A stretch of DNA of 64,000 bases from Gemmatimonadales bacterium (lineage in GTDB: Bacteria > Gemmatimonadota > Gemmatimonadetes > Gemmatimonadales > GWC2-71-9): assembly GCA_041577295.1 (NCBI GenBank), contig JBFGJG010000026.1, positions 1-64,000 on the forward strand, written 5' to 3'. The translations under genes and the position numbers were made by a program. Shown here one piece after another: positions 1-9,429 of this stretch. The notes beneath the pieces are model-generated. The model did no database searches. It worked only from the letters and a program-made list of their open reading frames with translations, and had not been told where the DNA came from. Numbering within the stretch: position 1 is the first letter of the stretch; every line of letters starts with the position of its first letter.

Positions 1-124
1 CCAGCTAGCCGAAGGAGTGGTGTTTGTGTTCGTGAATGGCCGGCTCGCCGTCGACGGAGGGTCGTTTACTAGGTCGATGGGGGGGAGGGTGTTGCGAAAG
101 CACGGGGGGACCGGCGCACAGTAG
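1..124 (+). CDS. 3' end of an amidohydrolase (N-acyl-D-amino-acid deacylase-like), truncated by window edge
   Basis: Frame from base 2 reads QLAEGVVFVFVNGRLAVDGGSFTRSMGGRVLRK...stop at 122-124; the V-x-VNG...G-R-VLR pattern is typical of D-aminoacylase C-termini. Confidence 0.65.
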   Translation, partial: QLAEGVVFVFVNGRLAVDGGSFTRSMGGRVLRKHGGTGAQ

Positions 125-219
125 CGGTGCGCTTGGACGGACGCCGCGGCGAACTCGATCATTGAACGGTCGCTCGGCGTTTGGTCCGGAGACCGGTCGA
201 ATGACTCAATCCATTGTAT

Positions 220-242
220 TATAATAGGTTACACAACGTAAC
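220..242 (+). promoter_or_regulatory. Putative -10 box (TATAAT 220-225) followed by palindrome GTTAC-N5-GTAAC (228-242)
   Basis: AT-rich patch upstream of the 260 ATG; perfect TATAAT; inverted repeat over the expected transcription start. Confidence 0.45.
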
Positions 243-259
243 TAGAGAGAAACTGTGCC

Positions 260-1141
260 ATGCTCATCGATTGTCACGTCCACTTGAACAACTATCACGA
301 GGAGATTTTTCGCCCGATCCAGGATTCGGCGGCGGATCTGTTTCGCGCCATGGAGGAGAATGGGGTTGCCCACGCCGTCGTGCTCACCTCATATGTCGCG
401 AACCCTCAACGTCCGCGGGTGGAGGAGGTGTTGAGTGCCCTCGGTGGGGATCCACGGATCTCGGTGGTCGAGGGGTTGCGGTGGCGCGGGGACGAGCGGA
501 CAGATTTGTTCGAGATGGAGGATCGCATCCGAGCGGGGTTGGTGAAGGGCATCAAACTGTATCCGGGGTACGATCGTTACCCGATCAACGATCCGTCATT
601 GGAGAGCTTCTTCCGGTTGGCAGCCAAGTACGACGTACCCGTCATGATCCACACTGGAGACACCTACAGCAAACACGCAAAGGTACGACAGGCTCACCCG
701 CTTCTGGTGGACGACGTCGCCGTGGACTTCCCGGACGTCAAGTTCATCATGTGTCATTTGGGAAACCCGTGGCTGCTCGATACGGCCGAGGTTCTGTACA
801 AGAACGACAACGTGTTCGCTGATATCTCCGGACTGACTATTGGGGAGTTCTCAGCCGATTTCGAACGGTACACGCTCACGCGCGTGCGGGAGATGATCCA
901 TTTCATGGGGGATCCTTCGCGGCAGCTGCTCTACGGTAGCGACTGGCCGCTCGTCGGAATGAAGAGCTACCTGAAGTTCTTCAACAGCCTGGAACTTACG
1001 CCCACCGAGCACGAACAGATCGGGTGGAAGACTGCGGCGAGACTGTTCAAGATCGACGTGGCGCAGCTCGAGGCGTCGGGCCCACAGGCTCCACGAACGG
1101 CCGTCAGTTCCCGCGGCGAGCCCGGCCGCCACACTGGGTGA
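260..1141 (+). CDS. Amidohydrolase family protein (Amidohydro_2 TIM-barrel metallohydrolase)
   Basis: IDCHVH, GIKLYP, PVMIHTG, CHLG, DIS and LLYGSDWP motifs. Confidence 0.9.
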   Translation: MLIDCHVHLNNYHEEIFRPIQDSAADLFRAMEENGVAHAVVLTSYVANPQRPRVEEVLSALGGDPRISVVEGLRWRGDERTDLFEMEDRIRAGLVKGIKLYPGYDRYPINDPSLESFFRLAAKYDVPVMIHTGDTYSKHAKVRQAHPLLVDDVAVDFPDVKFIMCHLGNPWLLDTAEVLYKNDNVFADISGLTIGEFSADFERYTLTRVREMIHFMGDPSRQLLYGSDWPLVGMKSYLKFFNSLELTPTEHEQIGWKTAARLFKIDVAQLEASGPQAPRTAVSSRGEPGRHTG

Positions 1142-1198
1142 GCGAGGAGTGTATATGCGCCAACCAGTCGCTATGTTCTGGGTGCACAATTTAAGGCT

Positions 1199-1271
1199 GG
1201 GGCGGTAGCTCAGTTGGGAGAGCACCTGCTTTGCAAGCAGGGGGTCGTGGGTTCGAATCCCATCCGCTCCA
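1199..1271 (+). tRNA. tRNA-Ala (anticodon TGC); CCA not encoded
   Basis: GGGGCGG/CCGCTCC acceptor stem with G3:U70, anticodon arm CCTGC-TTTGCAA-GCAGG, GGTTCGAATCC T-arm, discriminator A. Confidence 0.97.
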
Positions 1272-1454
1272 TTTCCGCAGGGCAGGTCTTGCTTTCATCG
1301 GGCGCTCAGGAGTCCCCGGCGTTAGCGGTTGTTGCCCCTTTTCACCTTGCGACGCCTGCTACGCGTCAGTCTTGACAAGGACTTGACTGGCACGCCAATC
1401 TTCGATTCTGGGGTCCCGCCCTCACTTGCTCGGGACCCGAAATGCAGGACGCCA

Positions 1455-2033
1455 TTGACGAGCACATCGATTGGCACTCTCCGTTGGCTACGGCCATGGC
1501 TCGTGGCGCTTGTGGTCTGGTTGAGCGCAACGACGGCGGTCAGCGCCCAGGAGTCTGGCGAGCGATCGAAGTGCGAGGGGTTACGGGGTGCAACGCTTAC
1601 CGATGCGCTCCAAGGGCGGCTTCCCGGCGTGAAGGTGACCGTTGGGGGTGGGGCGGCAACCGGAGGGGGAAGCATTCGCATCCGCGGCAACAACAGCGTG
1701 GGGGGGAATGACCCGCTCGTTTACGTCGACAATATTCGTATTTCTCCATATCACTCCAGAGGACCGCGAGGCCTGTTCTCCGTTCCTCTCCTCGAATTCG
1801 TAGACGTTTCGCAGATTGGGCGGATCGAGGTGCTCAAAGGTCCCACGGCGACGATTCAGTATGGTGATGGAGCAGCCGCGGGTGTGATCCTCATCTTCAC
1901 CAAGCGTGGTGGGAGTGGGGAGGATGGCGTAGCGGGCTGTGAAGAGGAACAAGCCCCCCCAGCCGCGCGCGACACGGCACGCGCAGTCGGGGAAGCTGCA
2001 GCGGCCCTAAATAACGAATCGAATGTGAGGTGA
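1455..2033 (+). CDS. Secreted stand-alone TonB-dependent receptor plug domain protein
   Basis: Signal peptide ending ...AVSA-QE; SusC-type plug motifs LQGRLPGV, IRIRG, PLVYVDN, IEVLKGP, YG..AAAGVILIFTK; no barrel follows. Start chosen at TTG 1455 (ORF open from 1329). Confidence 0.8.
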   Translation: MTSTSIGTLRWLRPWLVALVVWLSATTAVSAQESGERSKCEGLRGATLTDALQGRLPGVKVTVGGGAATGGGSIRIRGNNSVGGNDPLVYVDNIRISPYHSRGPRGLFSVPLLEFVDVSQIGRIEVLKGPTATIQYGDGAAAGVILIFTKRGGSGEDGVAGCEEEQAPPAARDTARAVGEAAAALNNESNVR

Positions 2034-2105
2034 ACGGAGCAGGGGACACGCCCCCTTGCTTCCGAGTTCATACCCCCGTTTCACTCTCAACAGGAGCAGC
2101 CCAGC

Positions 2106-5100
2106 ATGAGAGATTTCAAGTCGTATTGGCGACGCGAGTCACGAGTGGGCCGTACGCTGTGGTCGGGCTCCCTCGCCGCTCTTGGCGTCGCGCTCGGCCT
2201 CTTCCTCGTTGCGCCACCCGCCTTCGCCCAAACGGGCACGATCGAAGGCCAGGTGCGCGCCGCGGGGAGTGACGTATCACTCTCCGGTGTACAGGTGTCG
2301 ATCGAAGGCACCGACATCGGGACCGCGACAGGGCGTGACGGGCGGTTCGTCCTGCTCAATGTGCCGGCCGGTCAGCACGTCCTGCGGGCTGTGGCCATTG
2401 GGTACAAGGTTGGAACCGTGCAGCTCACGGTACAGACCGGGATGATGACCAACGCGGACATCCAGCTCACACGCAGCGTCCTCGAGCTCGATGCCGTGGT
2501 GGTGACCGGGACCGCGGGTCAGGCTCGGGTGCGAGAGGTTGGGAACACCATCGGTCAGATCAACCTCGAGACGCAGGTCAAGGATCCACCGCCCAACGTC
2601 GATCAGCTCCTCCAGGCGCGTGTGACGGGTCTGCAGGTCATGCAGTCGAACGCGAATGCCGGCTCTGGAGCGCAGATACGCCTGCGCGGGGCGGTCAGCG
2701 TCAGCCAAAGCAACCAGCCGATTATCTACATCGATGGCGTGCGCGTGCGCAGCGAGGGCTATGCCCGGAACGGCCCGCCGCAGGGTGTCGACTTCATCGG
2801 CCGCTCGCCCAATGTCCAGGCGAGCCCCATCAACGACATCAACCCCGCCGACATCGAGCGGATCGAGGTCATCAAGGGGTCAGCGGCCAGCACGTTGTAC
2901 GGCACCGAAGCAGCGGCTGGTGTGATCCAGATCTTCACCAAGAAAGGATCGCGCGGTGGCGAGCCCGTCTGGAATTTCCAGATCGATCAGGGGTTCGCAT
3001 CCACCCGGCCGTTTGGCACGGAGGGTGATCCGTATGTCCGCATGCGCGCGAGGGACAACCCGGAGGGATTCTGCCCGGATCGTGTGGCGGAGGGACTTCG
3101 GATATTCGAAGAGTCGGGGACGGCCCCGACCATCCCGGCTGCACCCGCTGACGGCGCGTGTTCGTGGATTCGAACGGGTTATCGTCAGCGATACTCCGGC
3201 TCGGTCGCGGGTGGTTTCGGAGACTTCCAGTACTTCGTCTCCGGTGGTTACGAGGACAACGAAGCGACCATGCCGCTGGATCAGGAGCGGAAGGTCGTGA
3301 CCCGCGGCAACTTCACGTTCAACATCTTGGACAACCTGCGGTTTGACTGGAACACGTCGTACACCAACCTCGACATAGAGAACACCCCCGCCGGTAACAA
3401 CGCACAGGGTCTGACCCTGAACGTGTTTCGGGCTGGGAGGAACTACCGGTCGTCCGGCAACCCCTACGTGATCGACTCGTTGCTGAACCAAGAGATCACG
3501 ACCACGATCAACCGGCTGACAACCGGTGGAACGGTTCACTGGACGCCTATCAGCTGGTTCAACAACCGGTTCACGATTGGCTACGACCTGGCGCAGCAGG
3601 AGAACCGGAACCTGCGGCCCTTCGGCTTCGTCAGCGCGCAAGAGGGGCGGCTGTTCGACGAGCAGGTTCAGTTCACGACCCTCACCGCGGACTACGTCGG
3701 GAACGTCGACTACCCGCTCGCAACGGAGTTGCGGGGAACGTTCTCCTTCGGCGGACAGAGTATTACCACGGAAGAGATCCGCACCTTTGCGTGGGGCCGT
3801 GGGTTCCCGGGTCCTGGTGATCCGACGGTCACCAACGCGGCGCAGTTTATCTCGCAGGAAGACCGGATCAGAATCGTGAACGCCGGCTTTTTCTTCCAGA
3901 ACACGTTCAAATGGATGGACCGGTGGTTCCTGACCGGTGGCATCCGGTTTGACGGCAACAGCGCGTTCGGGACGAACCTCGGACTCGAGGCGTATCCCAA
4001 AGGCAGCCTGTCGTACGTGATCTCGGAAGAGGACTTCTGGCCATCGGCCTTGGGAGACATGAAGCTCCGCGGGGCCGTTGGCTGGTCCGGACGCGCACCC
4101 GGCGCGTTCGACGCGGTCCGAACCTGGAGCGCCATCCCGTTTGCTGGGGACCCGGCATTCCTGCCCGAGAACGTGGGCAATCCCGATCTCGGTCCCGAGC
4201 GCACCAGGGAGGTCGAGTTTGGACTCGACGCTGCGTTCGTCAACAGCCGGGTGAGCTTTGAGTTCACGTGGTACCACCAGCAAACGGACGATGCTCTGTT
4301 CAACGTCCGACAGGTGCCTTCCAACGGGTTCGTGCAGAGCCAACTCACGAACGTCGGGAGGATCCGTAACACCGGGATCGAGACGTCCATCAATGCGGCG
4401 ATCATTGACGCCCCCAACTGGGGCTTCGACCTCGGAACCAACCTCTACACCAACAAGAGTCTCGTCATCGACTTGGGAGAGGCCGTCCCATTCTCGGTGG
4501 GCGCGGACGATGTCTGGGTCGAGGAGGGATTCCCCGTGTTGACGGCCAATGGTGCAAAAATCAAGAACCCGGACGCCATCGCAGATCCAGATATCAGCTG
4601 CAACGCTGACGATCCGTGTAACGTCAACGGCGAATGGATGTTTGGACCCACGCAGCCGGAGGTGATTTGGGGGGTCAACGGCACGATCAGGTTCCCCAGG
4701 GGCATCACCCTCTCCGCTCGTGGGGAGTTTCAGGGCGGGGCGTACATTTACGACAACGCCGCCAACAACGCCCTCGGGCGCTCGGTCCTTTGGCCACTGT
4801 GCGAGCGAGTCCTGAACATGAGCGACGGGGCGTTCCTCGTTCCCCAAGACCAGTGGACAGCGCGGGAGCGCGCCGAGTGCGATCTTCCGCTGGCGGACGA
4901 GTTCGAGGGAAGCCTGTGGTTCAAGCAGGATTTCTTCAAGCTGCGAGACATCACGCTGACGGTACCGTTCGGTCGACTCATTCCACGGACGCAATCCACC
5001 ACGCTCAGCATTTCGGCGCAGAACTACGTGCGGTGGATCAACAGCGACCTCCGGATGTTCGATCCCGAGATGTCTGCGCGAAACAGCCTGGATGAGCAGA

Positions 5101-5168
5101 ACGTGAGCATCAACGAGCAGATTCCGCCGCCGGCCCTTATCACCTTCTCGCTTCGCGCGACGTTTTAG
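2106..5168 (+). CDS. SusC/RagA-like TonB-dependent outer membrane transporter
   Basis: Signal peptide, carboxypeptidase-regulatory-like N domain, plug (IERIEVIKGSAASTLYGTEAAAGVIQIFTKKG), GNPDLGPE motif, C-terminal Phe (LRATF). Confidence 0.93.
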   Translation: MRDFKSYWRRESRVGRTLWSGSLAALGVALGLFLVAPPAFAQTGTIEGQVRAAGSDVSLSGVQVSIEGTDIGTATGRDGRFVLLNVPAGQHVLRAVAIGYKVGTVQLTVQTGMMTNADIQLTRSVLELDAVVVTGTAGQARVREVGNTIGQINLETQVKDPPPNVDQLLQARVTGLQVMQSNANAGSGAQIRLRGAVSVSQSNQPIIYIDGVRVRSEGYARNGPPQGVDFIGRSPNVQASPINDINPADIERIEVIKGSAASTLYGTEAAAGVIQIFTKKGSRGGEPVWNFQIDQGFASTRPFGTEGDPYVRMRARDNPEGFCPDRVAEGLRIFEESGTAPTIPAAPADGACSWIRTGYRQRYSGSVAGGFGDFQYFVSGGYEDNEATMPLDQERKVVTRGNFTFNILDNLRFDWNTSYTNLDIENTPAGNNAQGLTLNVFRAGRNYRSSGNPYVIDSLLNQEITTTINRLTTGGTVHWTPISWFNNRFTIGYDLAQQENRNLRPFGFVSAQEGRLFDEQVQFTTLTADYVGNVDYPLATELRGTFSFGGQSITTEEIRTFAWGRGFPGPGDPTVTNAAQFISQEDRIRIVNAGFFFQNTFKWMDRWFLTGGIRFDGNSAFGTNLGLEAYPKGSLSYVISEEDFWPSALGDMKLRGAVGWSGRAPGAFDAVRTWSAIPFAGDPAFLPENVGNPDLGPERTREVEFGLDAAFVNSRVSFEFTWYHQQTDDALFNVRQVPSNGFVQSQLTNVGRIRNTGIETSINAAIIDAPNWGFDLGTNLYTNKSLVIDLGEAVPFSVGADDVWVEEGFPVLTANGAKIKNPDAIADPDISCNADDPCNVNGEWMFGPTQPEVIWGVNGTIRFPRGITLSARGEFQGGAYIYDNAANNALGRSVLWPLCERVLNMSDGAFLVPQDQWTARERAECDLPLADEFEGSLWFKQDFFKLRDITLTVPFGRLIPRTQSTTLSISAQNYVRWINSDLRMFDPEMSARNSLDEQNVSINEQIPPPALITFSLRATF

Positions 5169-5177
5169 GGGGGGGAC

Positions 5178-6623
5178 ATGGGTAATACACCGAACACAAG
5201 GATCGACAACATGTCGCATCGCTTGAAGAGCTTGCATCGATCAATGGGGATCGTCGCGCTCGCGGGGATTGTCGGTGTCGTCGCCGGTTGCGACACATCC
5301 GTGACCAATCCTGGACCAACGCCCGACGAGTTCCTCGACGATCCGGTGTCGCAAAGCGCAGTCGTAGCCGGGGCGTTCCGCGCGCTTTCGGACTTCCTCA
5401 ACACCGACCGCAACAGCAGCTTCGTGGTGTACCACACCGCGGCACTGACCTTCGAGATCAACCCAGCCGGGTCCACCGGCAGCTTCGGTATCCCGCCTGT
5501 CATTCAGGGAGGCACGATACCGGAGACCGAAACCAATGCCGAGTGGCAGACCGGCAATGAGGCCCGGTTCGTTGCCGAGGACGCGTTCGATCGGTTCACC
5601 GACCCCGCGCGTGCGGGGGACGTGGGACGTGTCGCGACGCGTGCCCAGATCGCGTTGGCGGCGGGATTCGCGAACAGGATTCTCGGTGAAGTGTTCTGTG
5701 AGGCGGTACTTCCCCCAGCCGCCGATGGGAAGAATTATCCCTCCGCTCGGAAGACTGGAACGCTCGAGGAGCGCTCGGGCAGCCTCTCCCCGCATACGGA
5801 TTACCTCACGCGGGCCGAGCAATGGTTCACCATCGCGAACGATATTGGATCCAGTGCCGTGCAGACCGCCGCTCGGGCGGGCCGCGCTGCTGTGCGGGCG
5901 CTCCTCGGCAATTGGAGTGGGGCTGCGTCGGACGCCGCATCCGTGGCGGACGACTTTGTCTTCCTCGCGTCGTATTCCGATCAGGACCAGGACCAGTTCA
6001 ATGCCTTGTCCTGGGCATCAGCTCTGGAAAACGCAGGTTCGTCGCCGTATCGGGCCCACACCCAGTGGGCGACGTTTGCGGAGAACTACTTCTTCACAAC
6101 GGGAGATTCCCGGATGGCATGGGATTCCACGGCTCTCCAGGGAGACGCCGCGGTCGCCAAGTTCGGCGGTCGTGTCCCGTGGTTCCCCCAGGCCAAGCAT
6201 CCGACGGTGGAGTCGCCCGTCAGGCTCGCCTCTGGGTGGGAGATGCGTCTCATCGAAGCAGAGGCGGCGCTCGATGGGGGGAACGCGGGTGCTGCAGTCG
6301 ATCTCATGAACATGCGTCGCGCTGACTTGAGTCTCCCGCTCTTCGACAACACCGTTTCGGCAGATTCAGCCTGGTCACTCCTCAAGCTGGAACGGCAAGT
6401 GGAGCTGTGGCTCGAGGGCCGACGCATGGGCGACGTGAGACGGTGGACAGCCGCGGGCCGGCCGGGCGCATTCGCGGACGGGCTCTACGACGTTGACAGC
6501 GATGCGAACGGCGTCAACGACACCCGTACTGAGACACTCTTCGCGCCCGTGGCGCGTTCGCTGTGCTTCCCGGTGGCACGCAGTGAGCGTGAGACCAATC
6601 CGAACGTACCGCTCAACCCGTAA
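5178..6623 (+). CDS. SusD/RagB-like nutrient-binding lipoprotein
   Basis: Lipobox VAG-C; EMRLIEAEA, ERQVELWLEGRRMGDVRRW and FPV...E..NPN C-terminal motifs; directly after susC-like gene; start may be 5211. Confidence 0.9.
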   Translation: MGNTPNTRIDNMSHRLKSLHRSMGIVALAGIVGVVAGCDTSVTNPGPTPDEFLDDPVSQSAVVAGAFRALSDFLNTDRNSSFVVYHTAALTFEINPAGSTGSFGIPPVIQGGTIPETETNAEWQTGNEARFVAEDAFDRFTDPARAGDVGRVATRAQIALAAGFANRILGEVFCEAVLPPAADGKNYPSARKTGTLEERSGSLSPHTDYLTRAEQWFTIANDIGSSAVQTAARAGRAAVRALLGNWSGAASDAASVADDFVFLASYSDQDQDQFNALSWASALENAGSSPYRAHTQWATFAENYFFTTGDSRMAWDSTALQGDAAVAKFGGRVPWFPQAKHPTVESPVRLASGWEMRLIEAEAALDGGNAGAAVDLMNMRRADLSLPLFDNTVSADSAWSLLKLERQVELWLEGRRMGDVRRWTAAGRPGAFADGLYDVDSDANGVNDTRTETLFAPVARSLCFPVARSERETNPNVPLNP

Positions 6624-6662
6624 CCACGCGGTGGGGTGTTTCCCACGCGTGATGTAGTACCG

Positions 6663-6702
6663 CGACCCGCCAGCCCTCGAGGGCTGGCGGGTCGACACTT
6701 TT
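6663..6702 (+). terminator. Perfect 32-bp palindrome followed by a short T-run; probable terminator or stabilising hairpin
   Basis: CGACCCGCCAGCCC-TCGA-GGGCTGGCGGGTCG then ACACTTTT, downstream of susD-like stop. Confidence 0.6.
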
Positions 6703-6780
6703 CGAGGACGTGACGCTCGATCACTTTTCGTGAGTAACTGCCGTATCACCCACCGCGTTTCAGCTAGAGGGAGTAGGACG

Positions 6781-9429
6781 ATGAAAGCGAAGCTCATCGT
6801 GCTGTCGTCAGCCATTGCACTGCTGGCGGGCCCACTCGCCGCCCAGCAGGTCCCCCATCCCAGAGACGTCTTTGGGTTCGAGCCCGGGGCCGACTACGAG
6901 ATCGCCGACTACTCACAGATGCTGGAGTACTACCGGCAGCTAGACGCTGTCAGCGACCGAGTTCAGATGATCCAGATCGGTGAATCGGCCCTGGGGCGTC
7001 CCATGCTTTTGCTGTTCATCTCCAGCGAGCAGAACATGCGGCAGCTCGACCGGTGGCGGGACATCAGTGCGCGACTTGCGCGTGCGCGGGATCTCGACAA
7101 CGAGCAGGCACGCCGGCTCGCGCAGGATGGAAGGGCGATCGTGTGGATCGACGGCGGATTGCACGCCACGGAGCGCGCCCACGCCCAGATGACGACGCTG
7201 CTCGCGCACAAGGTGGCCACCGAGGAATCCGCCGAGATGCGAGCGATTCGGGACAACGTGATCCTGCTGCTAATGCCGGTCATGAACCCTGACGGCCTGG
7301 ACATCGTGGCCAATTGGTATCGGCGTAATCGCGGTAATCCGTTTGAGACGACCAGCCCGCCTGAGCTCTACCACCACTACGTGGGGCACGACAACAATCG
7401 CGACTGGTTCATGATTTTGCAGCCTGAAAGCAAGGCCGTGTCTCGCGTGATCTACAACGAGTGGTATCCACAGATCGTCTACAACCATCACCAGACCTCC
7501 CCCGAGTGGACACGCATCTTCGTGCCGCCGTTTGCCGATCCCGTGAACCCACACATTCCGGCAGGCGTCATCACCGGCGTCAACCTGGTCGGGAATCACA
7601 TGGTGAACCGATTCTCCGAGGAAGGGAAAGACGGGGTGATCTCTCGCGTGATCTTCTCGATGTGGTGGAACGGAGGAGTCCGTACGGCGCCCTATTTCCA
7701 TAACATGGTCGGGATCCTCACCGAGACCGGCCAACCCTCACCGACACCACGATACTGGGATCCGTCGGAGCGCCCGGCGCAGCTTCCGCTGTACGGTGGC
7801 CGTCGCGGCGGCGCCATCTCCACCACCGAGCCGAGCGTCTTTTATCCGGATCCGTGGCCCGGTGGCTGGCTACGGTTCCGTGATGCCATTGACTACATGA
7901 TCACCGGTTCGATGGCGGTGCTGGATATTGCAGCCAAGCGCAAGCAAGAGTGGCTCTACAACATCTACCGGATGGGGAAGGATGCGATTGCGCAGGGTGA
8001 GGCGGGTGGCCCGTTTGCGTACGTGGTTCCGGCCGATCAATGGGATCGTGGAGAGGCGACAGAGCTCCTGAACGCGTTGCGGCGGGGCGGTGTTGAAGTG
8101 CATCAAGCCACCGGTGCGTTCACGGCTGGAGGACAGCGTTTCGCCGCGGGCTCGTACGTCGTCTTTGCCGGCCAAGCGTTCCGACCCTACGTCCTCGACC
8201 TCTTGGAGCCGCAGTGGTATCCGGACAGGCGTCTCTACGAGGGCGGGCCACCCGAGCCGCCGTACGACCTGGCGGGCTGGACGCTGCCAATCCAAATGGG
8301 CGTTTCGGTGGTCCGGGTGGATAGCGCATTCACCGCCCGCACGGAGCCTGTGGAGCTCGCGCGCACTACAGCCGGTGAGGTGCGTGGCGAGGGTGGATTT
8401 GGGTACGTCCTCTCGCATCAACAAAACGCGAGCGCCCTCGCGGTGAACAGATTGTTGGCCGCAGGCGAAAAGGTGTATTGGACGGGCGCGTCGGTTGAGG
8501 CCGGAGGCGAGCGACATCCTACCGGGACCATAGTGATCGAATCGGGACAAGGAACCCGCGCACGGCTCGCGACCTTGGCCAGCGATCTGGGGCTCAGCTT
8601 CACGAACCTGGCACGCCGACCCGATGGTAGCCTTCATCAACTGCGGGCGCCGAGGGTTGCGATCTACAAGAGTTGGGATCCATCGATGGACGAGGGATGG
8701 ACCCGCTGGCTCCTCGAGCAGTACGAGTTCCCGCTCGACACCCTACACGATCGCGACGTTCAGCGCGGCGATCTGGCCCGATACGACGTGGTGATTCTCC
8801 CGAGCCAGTCGCCGCATGAGATGCTCAACGGACATGCGTCCGGGACGATGCCAGAGGAGTACGTTGGCGGACTCGGCGTCGAAGGCGCCGCGGCACTCAA
8901 GCGCTACGTCGAGCAGGGAGGTACCGTGCTCGCCCTGGACGATGCGAGCGACTTTGCCATCGCTCAGTTTGGTCTTCCGGTCCGGAATGCGGTTAGCGGC
9001 GTCGATGAGGAGGACTTTTTCATTCCAGGATCACTCATCGCGCTCGAGATCGACAACCGCCACCCGCTCGCGTACGGCATGCCACAAGTCGGCTCCGCCT
9101 TCTTCGTGCGCAGCCGGGCGTTCCACGTCGTCTCGCCAGCCGCCTCGGGAGAGCAACGGGCCCCCGAGCAATCCGTCGAGGTCGTGGCGCGCTACGCCAA
9201 AGAGAAGTTGCTCCAGTCGGGTTGGGCGCTCGGAGAGGACCGTTATCTGGCGGAACGGCCTGCCGTGGTGCGGGCACGGATGGGCGAAGGAGATGTCGTG
9301 CTCATCGGTTTTCGGGCGCAGTTCCGCGGCCAGCCGCGCAATACGTTCAAGCTGATCTTCAATACTATCCACGCGGCTACGCTGCAGGAGATGCCACCCA
9401 GCGCAGCCGCGATGGGGGGCGGGAGCTAG
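6781..9429 (+). CDS. Secreted M14 zinc carboxypeptidase-family protein with C-terminal GATase-like domain
   Basis: Signal peptide; GLHATE (HxxE), NPDG, HDNNRDW, NHHQ; DEGWTRWLLEQY in C-terminal domain; RBS-like GGAGTAGGA before ATG 6781. Confidence 0.9.
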   Translation: MKAKLIVLSSAIALLAGPLAAQQVPHPRDVFGFEPGADYEIADYSQMLEYYRQLDAVSDRVQMIQIGESALGRPMLLLFISSEQNMRQLDRWRDISARLARARDLDNEQARRLAQDGRAIVWIDGGLHATERAHAQMTTLLAHKVATEESAEMRAIRDNVILLLMPVMNPDGLDIVANWYRRNRGNPFETTSPPELYHHYVGHDNNRDWFMILQPESKAVSRVIYNEWYPQIVYNHHQTSPEWTRIFVPPFADPVNPHIPAGVITGVNLVGNHMVNRFSEEGKDGVISRVIFSMWWNGGVRTAPYFHNMVGILTETGQPSPTPRYWDPSERPAQLPLYGGRRGGAISTTEPSVFYPDPWPGGWLRFRDAIDYMITGSMAVLDIAAKRKQEWLYNIYRMGKDAIAQGEAGGPFAYVVPADQWDRGEATELLNALRRGGVEVHQATGAFTAGGQRFAAGSYVVFAGQAFRPYVLDLLEPQWYPDRRLYEGGPPEPPYDLAGWTLPIQMGVSVVRVDSAFTARTEPVELARTTAGEVRGEGGFGYVLSHQQNASALAVNRLLAAGEKVYWTGASVEAGGERHPTGTIVIESGQGTRARLATLASDLGLSFTNLARRPDGSLHQLRAPRVAIYKSWDPSMDEGWTRWLLEQYEFPLDTLHDRDVQRGDLARYDVVILPSQSPHEMLNGHASGTMPEEYVGGLGVEGAAALKRYVEQGGTVLALDDASDFAIAQFGLPVRNAVSGVDEEDFFIPGSLIALEIDNRHPLAYGMPQVGSAFFVRSRAFHVVSPAASGEQRAPEQSVEVVARYAKEKLLQSGWALGEDRYLAERPAVVRARMGEGDVVLIGFRAQFRGQPRNTFKLIFNTIHAATLQEMPPSAAAMGGGS

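Noticed and set aside
2880..5237. 785-aa antisense ORF, and many similar long shadow ORFs elsewhere
   Set aside because: Opposite well-supported genes, no recognisable motifs; expected from high-GC codon bias
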